Positions 1 through 9,508 of a DNA stretch of 49,856 nt are shown here, in pieces. The stretch covers positions 1-49,856 of the IMG/VR virus record IMGVR_UViG_3300037313_000092. One strand, given 5' to 3'. How positions within the stretch are numbered: the stretch's first letter is position 1; every line of letters begins with the position of its first letter. Source of the stretch: a virus. Made by a program: the position numbers and the translations under genes. The notes below the pieces were generated by a model. That model ran no database searches and had not been told where the DNA came from. It saw only the letters and a program-made list of their open reading frames with translations.

Positions 1-127
1 ACCCGACGTAAAGGATTGAGACGAAGTCCGAATGGCTTGAAAGGCCGGGTAGTTAATCTGGTTACCATTCTGGTAGACAGCACCGAAGTTAGCAGTATTA
101 GCGCCCTTGTCTCCACCACCAGCCGAG
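1..127. repeat. Left copy of exact 127-bp terminal direct repeat (identical to 49730..49856)
   Basis: Base-by-base identity of nt 1-127 with the last 127 nt of the window. This is typical of a circular contig overlap or a terminal redundancy. Confidence 0.95.
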
Positions 128-1233
128 ACAGAAAACAAACCACCCGAAGCAGCAAGAGTTAGCTTAGTCGAGTTATTAGTACCGAAGTCAATCGGGGTGT
201 TCGTCGTAGACTTAAAGAAAACATCAGATGCAGTCTGACCGATCTGCATAGTTGTAGTACTGCCAGAGATAGTAATGGAAGCGCCATCACCACTCGATGG
301 AGAGATACTTAACTGGGAATTAGTATTAGAGGTAATCGTCTGGGCTGCGGTGAAGGCATTAGCGTCAAGCACAGCCAAAGTATGCGTTCCAGACGGAGCT
401 GTAATAGTACCCGTACCGGCGCCAGCAGTCAGTGTATTACCATTCAGCTTGATCGTATTAGGACCAGCTGTATCGATGGTTTTATTAGTCAGCGTATCCG
501 TAGTTGCCCTTCCGACTAGCGTATCAGTACTGGTAGGAAGGGTGAGTGTTCCGGTATTCGAGATACTGGAAATAATCGGAGTGGTAAGAGTTTTGTTGGT
601 TAGTGTTTGAGCGGCGGCAAGAACAACAACTGTATCTGTGGTAGCCGGCAAAGTAATAACGCCACTCGCTGCTGCTGAAGCCTTAAGCGTCGTCGTACCA
701 GAACTGCTACCAGCAAGGAGGAGTTTTCCATCGTTAAAAGTCTTAACCCCCGTAAACGTATCAGTGGTACCCCGGCCCACAAGAGTATCAGTTGAATTAG
801 GGATAGTAACCGTAGCCGTACCAGCCGCGAGGCTGATAGTATTGCCATTAACAGTAAGCGTACTAGTCCCAGGGATTACGACGTTTCCAGTTAGAGTATT
901 GCTCCAAACCATATCATACGTCGTACCGGAGTTCTTCATTAAGAAGGCGTTAGTCGCACCGCCCGTGGGCACAGGAGCAATAGTACCACCACCAATTACG
1001 GTAGAAAGGTCCTGAAAACGGACAACATCGTTAGGCGATACAGGTGCAGGCAGATTGAGAATACGGTGCGAGTTCATATCGAAATCTGCACCCATTTGGT
1101 TAGGTGAGGTTCCGTCTCGCGACAACGTATTCTCTAGTGCAGCAGAAATAGCTGTCGAGTTACTATTAATCGTGTTAACAGCGGACGTTTCGTTTTGTAG
1201 ATTAGCGAGACTATTCAGTACGAGTTTTGTCAT
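1..1233 (-). CDS. Tail fibre protein, N-terminal 411 codons. The ORF leaves the window at nt 1 and continues at 49729..49346 (538 aa in total).
   Basis: ATG at 1233, directly after the TAA (1237..1235) of the upstream fibre gene. The frame is open down to nt 1. Hand translation: MTKLVLNSLANLQNETSAV..DGTSPNQMGADFDMNSHRILNLP. It has about four ~35-aa repeats related to TLP..TDTLVGR.TTDTLTNKT (two close copies, two degenerate). It is absent from the ORF track because no stop lies inside this end of the window. Confidence 0.8.
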   Translation of the reverse strand, partial: MTKLVLNSLANLQNETSAVNTINSNSTAISAALENTLSRDGTSPNQMGADFDMNSHRILNLPAPVSPNDVVRFQDLSTVIGGGTIAPVPTGGATNAFLMKNSGTTYDMVWSNTLTGNVVIPGTSTLTVNGNTISLAAGTATVTIPNSTDTLVGRGTTDTFTGVKTFNDGKLLLAGSSSGTTTLKASAAASGVITLPATTDTVVVLAAAQTLTNKTLTTPIISSISNTGTLTLPTSTDTLVGRATTDTLTNKTIDTAGPNTIKLNGNTLTAGAGTGTITAPSGTHTLAVLDANAFTAAQTITSNTNSQLSISPSSGDGASITISGSTTTMQIGQTASDVFFKSTTNTPIDFGTNNSTKLTLAASGGLFSVSAGGGDKGANTANFGAVYQNGNQINYPAFQAIRTSSQSFTSG

Positions 1234-1234
1234 C

Positions 1235-1993
1235 TTACAACTTGATCATCGCGTTAACATAACCCATCGGGTTCATAATACTATGAGCCCCGCCACCAGT
1301 ATTAGTGATTTGAACGTTGATACTACCAGAACCAATTGTACCTGTAGAAGTCAACTGAGCGATACTAGCAACCTGTTGGGACGCACCACCAGTAGCAACA
1401 GAACCGCCTCCGACACCAGTCCAGACAAGACTACCACCAGAGTTGACACTGATACTGACGTTATTAGAATTATTACCTACCATACCAGTCGGCAGTTCAC
1501 TTAGTGTCAGTGTGTGGGTTTCAGACCCGATACCTGTACCGACACTGCGAGCTTGGAGACCAGAACCCGTTCCTGCCAAGCCAAAGCCACGTCCGGTTTG
1601 AACAGGTAAGGTAAGTGTTTTGTGTGCAGCAAAATCTGCTACCGCTGAAGCACCTCGTCCACCAGAGACAGGGCACTGAGAATTATTATAAGTATTCCAA
1701 TAAAGTTGGAAGAGAGCAGTACAATCAGCATTAGCACGAACACTAGCCCCAGATGAACCATCACCGATTGTTCCATCGGCGTACATAATCCATCCGGAAT
1801 CGGCAGTATTCTTATGGGTTAGTTTAATATCCCCCGTACTCCACGAAGAATTACTAATAGCCGTGCTGGCGTCTGTCCAAGTCCCCGACCCAAGGCCGTT
1901 AGCGACATAAACGGAATTTGCCGCTGCTGTTGCGATACCCTTGGGTTCGTGAAGATCAGCTCCGGTTAGACTGGCATGAGCAACGTTAGTCAT
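1235..1993 (-). CDS. Tail fibre protein with phage tail-collar-type domain
   Basis: 252-aa ORF. Collar-domain-like motifs are SGWIMYADGT, TLTLPVQTGRGFG, GSETHTLTLSELP and GGGAHSIMNPMGYVNAMIKL. It is Gly/Ser/Thr-rich. Confidence 0.7.
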   Translation of the reverse strand: MTNVAHASLTGADLHEPKGIATAAANSVYVANGLGSGTWTDASTAISNSSWSTGDIKLTHKNTADSGWIMYADGTIGDGSSGASVRANADCTALFQLYWNTYNNSQCPVSGGRGASAVADFAAHKTLTLPVQTGRGFGLAGTGSGLQARSVGTGIGSETHTLTLSELPTGMVGNNSNNVSISVNSGGSLVWTGVGGGSVATGGASQQVASIAQLTSTGTIGSGSINVQITNTGGGAHSIMNPMGYVNAMIKL

Positions 1994-2034
1994 TTAAACT
2001 CCAAAGAAAGAGAGGGCCTTGCGACCCTCCCGTT

Positions 2035-2436
2035 TTAGATTTTGATAACCGCAAACTGAACAATCAACGTACCGTTGAAAGCCGCCGAGCCGTGAGTATT
2101 CTTGACTACCACGGAGACTGAACCAGCCGCCGGAGTAACCGAGACCACATCAGGATGACCCGTGGAGTTCGTACCGAGACCGACATTAAGCAGAACAATA
2201 TCTGCGGCCGCGATACAAGAGTTCGTCAGCGTCAATGTATACAATGCGCCCGCAGCCGTGGAAAGGCTCTCAGTCGTCACAACACCCGAAGGAGAGTTCA
2301 ACGTGGCGGCACCCGAAGATGCCGTCGCCGTCTTAGTCGTGCCGACTGCTCCAATCGCAATCTGGTCCATAACCACAAGCTGACCACGAAGATCAGTCTG
2401 GTTCTCGGGGCCGTATTTATTACTAGGAACAGTCAT
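2035..2436 (-). CDS. Virion protein, possible head decoration or Ig-like protein
   Basis: 133-aa beta-rich, Ala/Thr/Ser/Val-rich ORF two genes downstream of the capsid gene. The call rests on synteny only. Confidence 0.3.
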   Translation of the reverse strand: MTVPSNKYGPENQTDLRGQLVVMDQIAIGAVGTTKTATASSGAATLNSPSGVVTTESLSTAAGALYTLTLTNSCIAAADIVLLNVGLGTNSTGHPDVVSVTPAAGSVSVVVKNTHGSAAFNGTLIVQFAVIKI

Positions 2437-2445
2437 TGTTTATCC

Positions 2446-2967
2446 TTAGGTGAGAGGCAGGAAGTTCCAGTTAACGCGGACAGCAATACGACCCGTCTGG
2501 TAAACTGCGGTACCTTCCTTAGCGGTGATAAGACCGTTGGCAGCCAGTGCAGTACCGATGCTACCACCGGCACCCGTCGAACCCGCAGTCAACGTGAACT
2601 TCGTACCGACCGCCGTAGCGTGAAGGTCAAGGGCGTTGACAAGTGCAGTATCCGAGATGTTGGTGGACTGATCAGACTGCTTCAGACCGATCGAGACAGT
2701 GCCCGAGCCCGAAGAAGCTGCAACCACGAGGACCTCAATCTCAACGCTCTCGATGTAGGCGCCCTTCGGAATTTCGAAGTGCTGATCGAGATACTGAGCC
2801 GAAGACGTCAGGTTAGCCAAGTCCAGAAGGAACTCGGTCGTGCGGTTCGGACCAAGGGTCTTGTACTCACCACCATCGCCTGACGTACCTTCGGAGGGAC
2901 CGAAGTACACGATGAGGCCATCGGCATTACGCCAAGAACCAGCACCGAGGAATTTAAAGTTAGCCAT
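2446..2967 (-). CDS. Virion protein immediately downstream of the major capsid gene (decoration or auxiliary capsid candidate)
   Basis: 173-aa ORF starting 12 nt after the capsid stop. No motif recognised. Confidence 0.3.
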   Translation of the reverse strand: MANFKFLGAGSWRNADGLIVYFGPSEGTSGDGGEYKTLGPNRTTEFLLDLANLTSSAQYLDQHFEIPKGAYIESVEIEVLVVAASSGSGTVSIGLKQSDQSTNISDTALVNALDLHATAVGTKFTLTAGSTGAGGSIGTALAANGLITAKEGTAVYQTGRIAVRVNWNFLPLT

Positions 2968-2978
2968 TGATTATCTCC

Positions 2979-3953
2979 TTAAGCCACAGCCGTTGCGTCA
3001 GTGATAATCTGAACCCAGTTCTCAGGGCGGTACAACTTGAAGTCATAACGACAAGTCGTAACATACTCTTCGCGCTGGAGGTCCTTATTGTACTCACTGT
3101 CAACTTTAGGCGGCTGACGAATGGCACCGACGATCGGGAGAACGTCCGAAGCAGCGGAGAAGAAGATGTTCGCGACACCGTTGGTCGAAACCGAGGTGAG
3201 GTTCGGGGAACCTGCGATAGTCTCCGTCAGACCCTGCGGGAGGTTCTGCGAGATATAGACGTCGAAGCCATAGACGTTCTTCGTGAAGGTGAAGCCCTTG
3301 ACGATACCAGTATCGATGACGCCTTCCCAACGGGGGTTGTACGAGACGTTAACGAGATTGGTGAGGGTCTCAAGCTGATAGCCAACCGAAGGGTCGACGA
3401 TAGCAATCCGGTTCTCCGCCGGGACGTTCGCCTTATTCAGAGCGAAGTTCGCCATAGCGAAGTCCTTGGGCGAGATAGCCGCAAGACCTGCGACAGTACC
3501 TGAGCCAATAAACCGATGGCTCGCACCGTTAATGGCATTGAGGTTGCCCGAGGTCTGACCGGCATTACCCGTAGCCAGCATGTCGACTTCCATCGTCTTC
3601 GCAATAGCACGGTGCATCTTCGGAACGAAGCTGGAAACCAGCCTGTTCATATAGAAGCTGTCCTGCTTCATACGCTCAGTAATGAACGTCGCAGCAGACT
3701 TGTACTTATTGATCGAGAACGTGAAGTTACCAGTATCCATGCCAGTGTAGCGGATAGCCTGACCTTCAGCGTAGTCCAGGGTCTCCATCTGACCGATAGA
3801 GGGAATATTGATCGTATCGCCATCCGGGAAGTCCGTCAGGAAGTCCACGTAGCGCATGCCAATGAGCATGTCCAGCAGGACTTCTTTGAGGCGAGCCGAC
3901 CAGATATTCGAACGAACAAGATGCTCGTTGTTTGAATAGCTAAAACCAGCCAT
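2979..3953 (-). CDS. Major capsid protein
   Basis: 324-aa ORF in the portal-scaffold-capsid order. Size and N-terminus (MAGFSYSNNEHLVRSNIWSARLKEVLLD) are typical of podoviral HK97-fold coat proteins. Confidence 0.7.
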   Translation of the reverse strand: MAGFSYSNNEHLVRSNIWSARLKEVLLDMLIGMRYVDFLTDFPDGDTINIPSIGQMETLDYAEGQAIRYTGMDTGNFTFSINKYKSAATFITERMKQDSFYMNRLVSSFVPKMHRAIAKTMEVDMLATGNAGQTSGNLNAINGASHRFIGSGTVAGLAAISPKDFAMANFALNKANVPAENRIAIVDPSVGYQLETLTNLVNVSYNPRWEGVIDTGIVKGFTFTKNVYGFDVYISQNLPQGLTETIAGSPNLTSVSTNGVANIFFSAASDVLPIVGAIRQPPKVDSEYNKDLQREEYVTTCRYDFKLYRPENWVQIITDATAVA

Positions 3954-3964
3954 TTAATTATATC

Positions 3965-4666
3965 CTAGTCGCGGACGTCGAAGAAGGCTTCTCCCATGGC
4001 CATGGCGTCCTTGTACATTTTATTTTGGGTTGCCGGCTTATCGTACTCTGAGCGGTTCTCAGCCTTGAGCTTCAGATAGTGGCTCCGGGGTTGTGGCCCC
4101 GTGTTTGTAGGCTTGAAGGTTTCCGGTCGAGTACTAGTCGGCGGAGTAAACACAGCCTCGGGCTTTTCGCCACCGAGGAGCTGCATGAATGCAGCGGGAG
4201 ACTGTGCTGCGATGTTGTCGAGGAATTTCTGATCGACACCCATCTTTTCCTGAAGAGTATTAAGAGCTGTCTGGTACTGATCACCAAACTTCTTTTTCAG
4301 CTCCGCCTTGACGGCATTGACGTTAGCTTCGGCACGGGCCTTGGCATCACGCTGCTGGAGAAGTTTGAGAACATCGTCCTCAGACAAACCTTTGACTTCA
4401 ACCCGTTCCGTCGGTTCGGTAACCGGACTTTCCGTGGCTGGACGTGTATTAAGAGCATTCAATCGGTCTAGAATCTCTTGACTTCTATCTGGGACCTGAC
4501 GGGTAGTCAAATCCCTAAGGACTTCGGCTTTCTCGGCCTTGAGTTGTTCGATGAAACGATCTTTCTCAATAATGGCCTTGGCGACAGCATCAGGGTCCTT
4601 GTACTTCTTGCCTTCACCAACGAGGGCATCAAACGTTACGGGGTCACCGTTTTCAAAAAGAGACAT
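3965..4666 (-). CDS. Scaffolding protein
   Basis: 233-aa highly charged, helical or coiled-coil-looking ORF lying between the portal and capsid genes. Confidence 0.5.
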   Translation of the reverse strand: MSLFENGDPVTFDALVGEGKKYKDPDAVAKAIIEKDRFIEQLKAEKAEVLRDLTTRQVPDRSQEILDRLNALNTRPATESPVTEPTERVEVKGLSEDDVLKLLQQRDAKARAEANVNAVKAELKKKFGDQYQTALNTLQEKMGVDQKFLDNIAAQSPAAFMQLLGGEKPEAVFTPPTSTRPETFKPTNTGPQPRSHYLKLKAENRSEYDKPATQNKMYKDAMAMGEAFFDVRD

Positions 4667-4678
4667 AGTGGTCCTATG

Positions 4679-4933
4679 TTAAAAGGGAATGAGTTCTTTA
4701 AGGAGACGAAGTACGGAGAGTTGTCCATTCCGATACGCCGTCTTGTGGCTCCAATTAGGAGTGCTAAAGTCATTAAGTGATAATGACGTATTCATAACCT
4801 CAGTTTCTTTCTCCTCTGCAATCTCTTTGAGACGCTTGAGAAGACGAGTACTGTTACGGACGATTACCTCAAAGTCTTCTTTGTCTTTGTCTTTGAGATG
4901 CTTCGTCCAAGCGATATTAAGGGGTTTGGACAT
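4679..4933 (-). CDS. Hypothetical protein
   Basis: 84-aa charged ORF between portal and scaffold. It overlaps the portal stop by 17 nt. Confidence 0.4.
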   Translation of the reverse strand: MSKPLNIAWTKHLKDKDKEDFEVIVRNSTRLLKRLKEIAEEKETEVMNTSLSLNDFSTPNWSHKTAYRNGQLSVLRLLKELIPF

Positions 4934-6749
4934 TAGGCGGAGGGCCTGCTAAGTTGGGTTGTCCCTGATCCATACTATGATCATCCGGGGTAAGTCCCGA
5001 GGGCGTCATAGCTTCCATCTGGGTTTTCTCCATATGGGCCTGAGCTTCACGACGTGCGTCGGCTTCCTCAGACAATCGAATATTCTCTTGAACCAGACCG
5101 AAGTCTTTGAGGTTCAGATTGTCTTCGATGATTTTAGCCATCTGGTAACCGGAGAAGTGAACCAGAACCTGCGGGTCTTTGCCCATACCGGAATTATAGA
5201 AGTTAGCCAGATTTTGAACTAGCTCTGATTGTTCGACGAAATGACGCGCTGCAAGAGGTCTGATCTTGCCCGAACCTGTGAGGTCAGATGCGCTAAGGGT
5301 CTGGAAGATAGCGACGTCGAAGTCAGGATCGAAGACCGGAACAGAAACAGCTCGGCTGAGATTGCGTCTTGCAAGTTCGAGCATTGAGTTAAGAAGTGGC
5401 TCAAGGACTTGTTCTTCAAATTGAGATACCTTGCTCATAAAGATACGGGAGGCTGCATTCTCAAGGCGTTCAACCTCGAAGGCAGTTTTCTCGCCTGGAG
5501 TACGGAAACCCATGGCTTCCTTAGGGGACCCAGCCATGATCTCCATATTATTCATATAGAGTTCGAGTTCTTGATTATCCTCGGCGATAGTGCTGCGGGT
5601 CTCAAGGACTTCTACGTCACCATCATCGCCAACGTGGATACGGGCGAAAGGACCCCATTCGAAATCATTGACATAGCCTTTGATCTTCAGGGGCGGGAAA
5701 GCCGTAAGATCGTACTTATCTGCTTTAAGGTTCTCGATGTGATCAATTCGGTATTGCATACCAACGAGATTAGCAAGAGGACCCATAGCCCAGAGATTAC
5801 CTGGACGTTTGCGCCATCCTGCATGGAAGATCGGAGGATAGCCGAAGTAGCTGGGGTTAGGTTTCTTGAGGATAACTTTATGTCTATCGACAACGGAGAT
5901 AACGTAATTCTTCAGAAAGGTGTCTGTGTCTCGGTCGTAGAGGTCACCATAGAAAGTGAGAACCTCTGCGTAGTCGCTTTCGAGATAGGCTCGGTAACTG
6001 TGGAACCCATCCATGTTAAGGAAGGCATCTTCAACCTTGAGGTCGGTACTGCCGAGCTGTCCTGCGGTATTTCGGATGTTCTTGAGATAAGTCCAGAGTT
6101 CTTCGTAGGATTCTTTGTTCTCTGGTGTAGTTTCATTCTCTAAGATTGATTTGACTTCACCAATGGAGATTAGGCTTCTAACGATCTTCGGCACACGGGT
6201 AAAATCCGGGCCGATAGGGTTCATAACCATGTCGTATGGCGAGTATCGTTTAGCCGCCGGGCCACAATAGCCGGTTTGGGTTTTATCCGGGAGTACGACG
6301 GTTTGGTCGATCCATTCAGGAGCAGCGAAGCAATTACCAGTATCAATAAAGTCACACAGAAGTTCCTGAACAACATTCTTGAAATGAGGCTGAGTAATAA
6401 CCCAACCCATGTAATTCTCGATGGAAGCTGCCTTCTCAATCGAAGCATCGTCTTTGGAATCCCCTTCCCACTTCAACCACTTCCTCTTAGGGAACACGGC
6501 TGCCATGTAATACGCGAGAAGGTTGTCTCTGATCTGGCAGAGCTTCGGGATAGTCGTCTTATTCTTCCACGGAAGCTTGGAGTTAGTGGTCTTCGTAGTA
6601 TCAGTAGCAAAAAGATACTCACGGACTTCTTTGGTCTCCATTTCGAAGACTTGTCGAAAGGTTCTCCATTCCTGGTACCGCATAGCAATACCAACGCCGA
6701 TGCCGTCGGGCTTCCAGATTTGGCGTAGATGTAGGACTTGTCCAGCCAC
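4917..6749 (-). CDS. Portal protein
   Basis: 610-aa ORF directly downstream of the large terminase, with a GTG start overlapping the terL TAG by 1 nt. Size and position fit a portal. The start is uncertain because an internal ATG (MRYQEW) is also possible. Confidence 0.65.
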   Translation of the reverse strand: MAGQVLHLRQIWKPDGIGVGIAMRYQEWRTFRQVFEMETKEVREYLFATDTTKTTNSKLPWKNKTTIPKLCQIRDNLLAYYMAAVFPKRKWLKWEGDSKDDASIEKAASIENYMGWVITQPHFKNVVQELLCDFIDTGNCFAAPEWIDQTVVLPDKTQTGYCGPAAKRYSPYDMVMNPIGPDFTRVPKIVRSLISIGEVKSILENETTPENKESYEELWTYLKNIRNTAGQLGSTDLKVEDAFLNMDGFHSYRAYLESDYAEVLTFYGDLYDRDTDTFLKNYVISVVDRHKVILKKPNPSYFGYPPIFHAGWRKRPGNLWAMGPLANLVGMQYRIDHIENLKADKYDLTAFPPLKIKGYVNDFEWGPFARIHVGDDGDVEVLETRSTIAEDNQELELYMNNMEIMAGSPKEAMGFRTPGEKTAFEVERLENAASRIFMSKVSQFEEQVLEPLLNSMLELARRNLSRAVSVPVFDPDFDVAIFQTLSASDLTGSGKIRPLAARHFVEQSELVQNLANFYNSGMGKDPQVLVHFSGYQMAKIIEDNLNLKDFGLVQENIRLSEEADARREAQAHMEKTQMEAMTPSGLTPDDHSMDQGQPNLAGPPPNVQTP

Positions 6750-8305
6750 TAACCGATACCTCCAAACCTAGAATGGGTCATAACCTTAGCAGAGTTCATT
6801 GGGTTGCCTACCATGATTGAGGGCGGGTAAGACACGTCAATGGCTGAAGCCAGAGCATCTTTACAGTCGTCATGCGGTGGTTTAAGGACGACGAGTTCTT
6901 CTTCGAGGACTTGGCAATTCCCGCCTTGGTAATGCCACACCTGATGGTTATCGTATTTAGGCCGGAGGATGGCGTTGATACGTTCCATCTTTGTGCCTTC
7001 ATTCCGTGTGGGTCGATATTCATCGATCGATAGTGCCAGCCCATGCACACGGATATAATTCTGTTTTAGGTCTTTAACGATGACTTCCTGAGCCGCAGTC
7101 ACCTCAGCCCTGAGTTTTCGGAAATCCCACTTCCTGTGTAGGTTAAGGATTTCTTTGAAGTACTCGGAGATTTCTTGAGCCTTGAACCTTGAGATTTCTA
7201 GGACGTAGTAGTTTTGATTTCCGTCGACCCCCACGACTGCAACTGCGGTATAATCACTGCGCTTTGCAAGGCTGAATGCGAAATCGATTGCGGCAAAGAC
7301 GTTGAGGCGGGTTTGCTTGTAATACCAGTATCCGTTAGAACGGGATAGAAAGGCTTTGTCGTAATACTGGAAAGCCGATCTTGGTATACCCCCGGCAGAG
7401 ACATGGTTGGGGTCGTTGTAATATTGAGCATAGTAGTCAGCAATGTTTTCACGATACTGCGCTCGTTTTCGGGCAAGGATTTCAACATTGAATCCAAATT
7501 CACGACCATCCTTAGTACGCTGGCGAGGCCAGAGGAACTCGCCGGTTCCATCGCCTCGGTCTTCGACTTGTCGCTCGAATACTTCATAAAGTGGGTCTTC
7601 TCCAGTTAGTGTTCCTTCGCTATCGAATAGTTCAACTTTAGCTTCAAGCAAGGAACTATAAAGGTCTTGGGGGTGATATCGGGTACCAACAATAAGCTGT
7701 TCAGAATATGCACCTTCGATAGAAGCGAGATACGAATACTGAAGAGAGACTTTGGCGCGCCCCTCTTCCGTGGTTGCGTTCTCACGATCAACGACGTCAT
7801 CCATGATGATCAGGTCGGCGTGCATACCGACGATATGGGTTGTTAGCCCAGCCGCCCATACGGTAGGGTCACGGATGTATTCTTCTTTACGCTTCGGGTG
7901 ATCAACTGCGATTTCACTCTCAGTCCACTTCTCGCGTCGGCCTTCATCAAAGTTAACTAGTTCAGGCCAATACTTCCGGACCTGTGAACTAGCAAGAATG
8001 TCTTTAATAAACTTTAATTGCTTAGTAGCGAGATTAGCTGTCGCAGAGATGTAGAGAATGCGGATAGCGGGATTACGAATAATACGCCAAACAGCATAAT
8101 ACCCAGCATATGCAGACTTGCCATGGTCACGCGGCATAAGAACGAGCTGGTGGGATTTCTTGTCTTCACGGGTAATCCAGTTCATTAACTCGGAATGAAC
8201 ATTTCCGATAACTCGGCCGGGATGAACAAGACGTACTAGCGCCTCAAAGGACTGTTCAGCAGCAATGCGAACAAGATCATGTTTGTAGATATTAGAGGGC
8301 GCCAT
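6749..8305 (-). CDS. terL: Terminase large subunit
   Basis: 518 aa. Walker A-like LMPRDHGKSAY and Walker B LIIMDDVVD are present. The RNaseH-like nuclease half has AIDFAFSLAKRSDYTAVAVVGVD. Confidence 0.85.
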   Translation of the reverse strand: MAPSNIYKHDLVRIAAEQSFEALVRLVHPGRVIGNVHSELMNWITREDKKSHQLVLMPRDHGKSAYAGYYAVWRIIRNPAIRILYISATANLATKQLKFIKDILASSQVRKYWPELVNFDEGRREKWTESEIAVDHPKRKEEYIRDPTVWAAGLTTHIVGMHADLIIMDDVVDRENATTEEGRAKVSLQYSYLASIEGAYSEQLIVGTRYHPQDLYSSLLEAKVELFDSEGTLTGEDPLYEVFERQVEDRGDGTGEFLWPRQRTKDGREFGFNVEILARKRAQYRENIADYYAQYYNDPNHVSAGGIPRSAFQYYDKAFLSRSNGYWYYKQTRLNVFAAIDFAFSLAKRSDYTAVAVVGVDGNQNYYVLEISRFKAQEISEYFKEILNLHRKWDFRKLRAEVTAAQEVIVKDLKQNYIRVHGLALSIDEYRPTRNEGTKMERINAILRPKYDNHQVWHYQGGNCQVLEEELVVLKPPHDDCKDALASAIDVSYPPSIMVGNPMNSAKVMTHSRFGGIG

Positions 8306-8555
8306 TGATTTTAATTAGGACTTCTTGCCAGACTTCGCGGGAGTCATACTCAACCACGATTGGGTCAACATCACTTAGTGAAAATTCAATACAATAGAAC
8401 TTGCCCTTCCAGACCCACGATTGAAGCCCTCGAAAGAACTTCCTAGGAATATGTACATGAAGGACGTTATTCAAATAGACCTTAATAAAATCTATATTAT
8501 GTGTAACAGTAATTGAAGGGGAAGAGGCCCCCGAAGGGGCCAAATCCGTAGACAT
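8292..8555 (-). CDS. Hypothetical protein
   Basis: 87-aa ORF whose 3' end overlaps the terL start by 14 nt. Confidence 0.4.
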   Translation of the reverse strand: MSTDLAPSGASSPSITVTHNIDFIKVYLNNVLHVHIPRKFFRGLQSWVWKGKFYCIEFSLSDVDPIVVEYDSREVWQEVLIKINGAL

Positions 8556-8920
8556 TACTGGGCCGCCGGTTCTGCCGGGGCTTCTGTGGGGGCAGCTTCC
8601 GCAGGAGCCGGGGTAGGTTCAACGGGAGCAGGAGCAGGTTCGACAGGCTTAGGCATAAGTTCTGCCTTAGCTGCATCAATCATGTCAATCACAGACTGGA
8701 GGTCACCATCAGACACGCCGGTCGGCTGGGCCTTCAGGGCAGCGATCTCGTCAGAGACCTCCTGAAGCTTCGCAGCAACCTTGGCGTGGTAGTCAGCAAC
8801 ATCAGCCTTAAGATCATCAAGCTTGGACATTACATCATCCTTCATCGCGATAAGAAAAGCAAGAATGGCACTTTCGAGTTGTTCCATTCTAACCACAGTG
8901 GGGAAGAAGCGACTTAACAT
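8555..8920 (-). CDS. Coiled-coil protein with Pro/Ala-rich C-terminal tail
   Basis: ATG at 8920 is preceded by GGAGGGAGAG. The track ORF begins 18 nt upstream at a TTG. The tail reads PKPVEPAPAPVEPTPAPAEAAPTEAPAEPAAQ. Confidence 0.5.
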   Translation of the reverse strand: MLSRFFPTVVRMEQLESAILAFLIAMKDDVMSKLDDLKADVADYHAKVAAKLQEVSDEIAALKAQPTGVSDGDLQSVIDMIDAAKAELMPKPVEPAPAPVEPTPAPAEAAPTEAPAEPAAQ

Positions 8921-8934
8921 ACTCTCCCTCCTTT

Positions 8935-9117
8935 TCAACTCGGGGGGAACTTATAACCCGAGTGAATAATAAACCAAGCCAATCCGGAAGTCAGTGCCGC
9001 AGCCATCATACGTTTGAGAATATACCAACCAAACTCTGAGGCGCGCTCATCCATCCATTCTTTGATTGCTTGTTTGATAAGGTCCTTCTGCTCATTATCT
9101 GACATAGCCGAAAACAT
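8935..9117 (-). CDS. Small single-pass membrane protein
   Basis: 60 aa with one hydrophobic segment, MMAAALTSGLAWFIIHSGY. Confidence 0.4.
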   Translation of the reverse strand: MFSAMSDNEQKDLIKQAIKEWMDERASEFGWYILKRMMAAALTSGLAWFIIHSGYKFPPS

Positions 9118-9508
9118 TCACGGTGTTATTCGTATTGCCAGTACCCAAGGTTGGGCAGGAGACAGTAATAGCGGTATTGACCGCAGAAGCAGGAATTGGG
9201 AACGGGAAAGTGACGTTCAACTGCTGGTTAGCCACAGCAGCGCCAGCGGCAGCAGCATACGTAAAGGTCATTGTGCCGGACAGCGTACCCGTCACCGTAA
9301 CCGAAACAGCCAAGGCAGCCGTAGCGCCAGTACCTGTAACAGTAAACCCGGTGATGTAATTCGTCTTACCAGCAACAGCAGGAAGGCTCGCAGCAGCGGT
9401 AGCAGCAGCAATGTTACCAGAGCTTCCGGTAACTGAGACGGCCCCATCCGGAAGTTCCCATACACGGACATTAAGGGCGCCGTCACCCGAATTAGGACCA
9501 AAAGCCAT
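9095..9508 (-). CDS. Hypothetical beta-rich Ala/Thr/Gly protein
   Basis: 137-aa ORF. No motif recognised. Confidence 0.4.
   Translation of the reverse strand: MAFGPNSGDGALNVRVWELPDGAVSVTGSSGNIAAATAAASLPAVAGKTNYITGFTVTGTGATAALAVSVTVTGTLSGTMTFTYAAAAGAAVANQQLNVTFPFPIPASAVNTAITVSCPTLGTGNTNNTVNVFGYVR

Noticed and set aside
275-1504. Plus-strand track ORFs 275-610, 638-1015 and 1055-1504 (111-149 aa)
   Set aside because: They are low-complexity Val/Ser/Leu/Pro shadow frames. They lie antisense to the junction-spanning tail-fibre gene and to the end of the collar-fibre gene, both of which have clear fibre motifs.
2155-2883. 242-aa plus-strand ORF over the capsid-accessory genes, and similar long antisense ORFs at 5409-6143 and 42625-43329
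   Set aside because: They are Arg/Ser-rich antisense shadows of well-supported minus-strand genes. They have no RBS and implausible composition.
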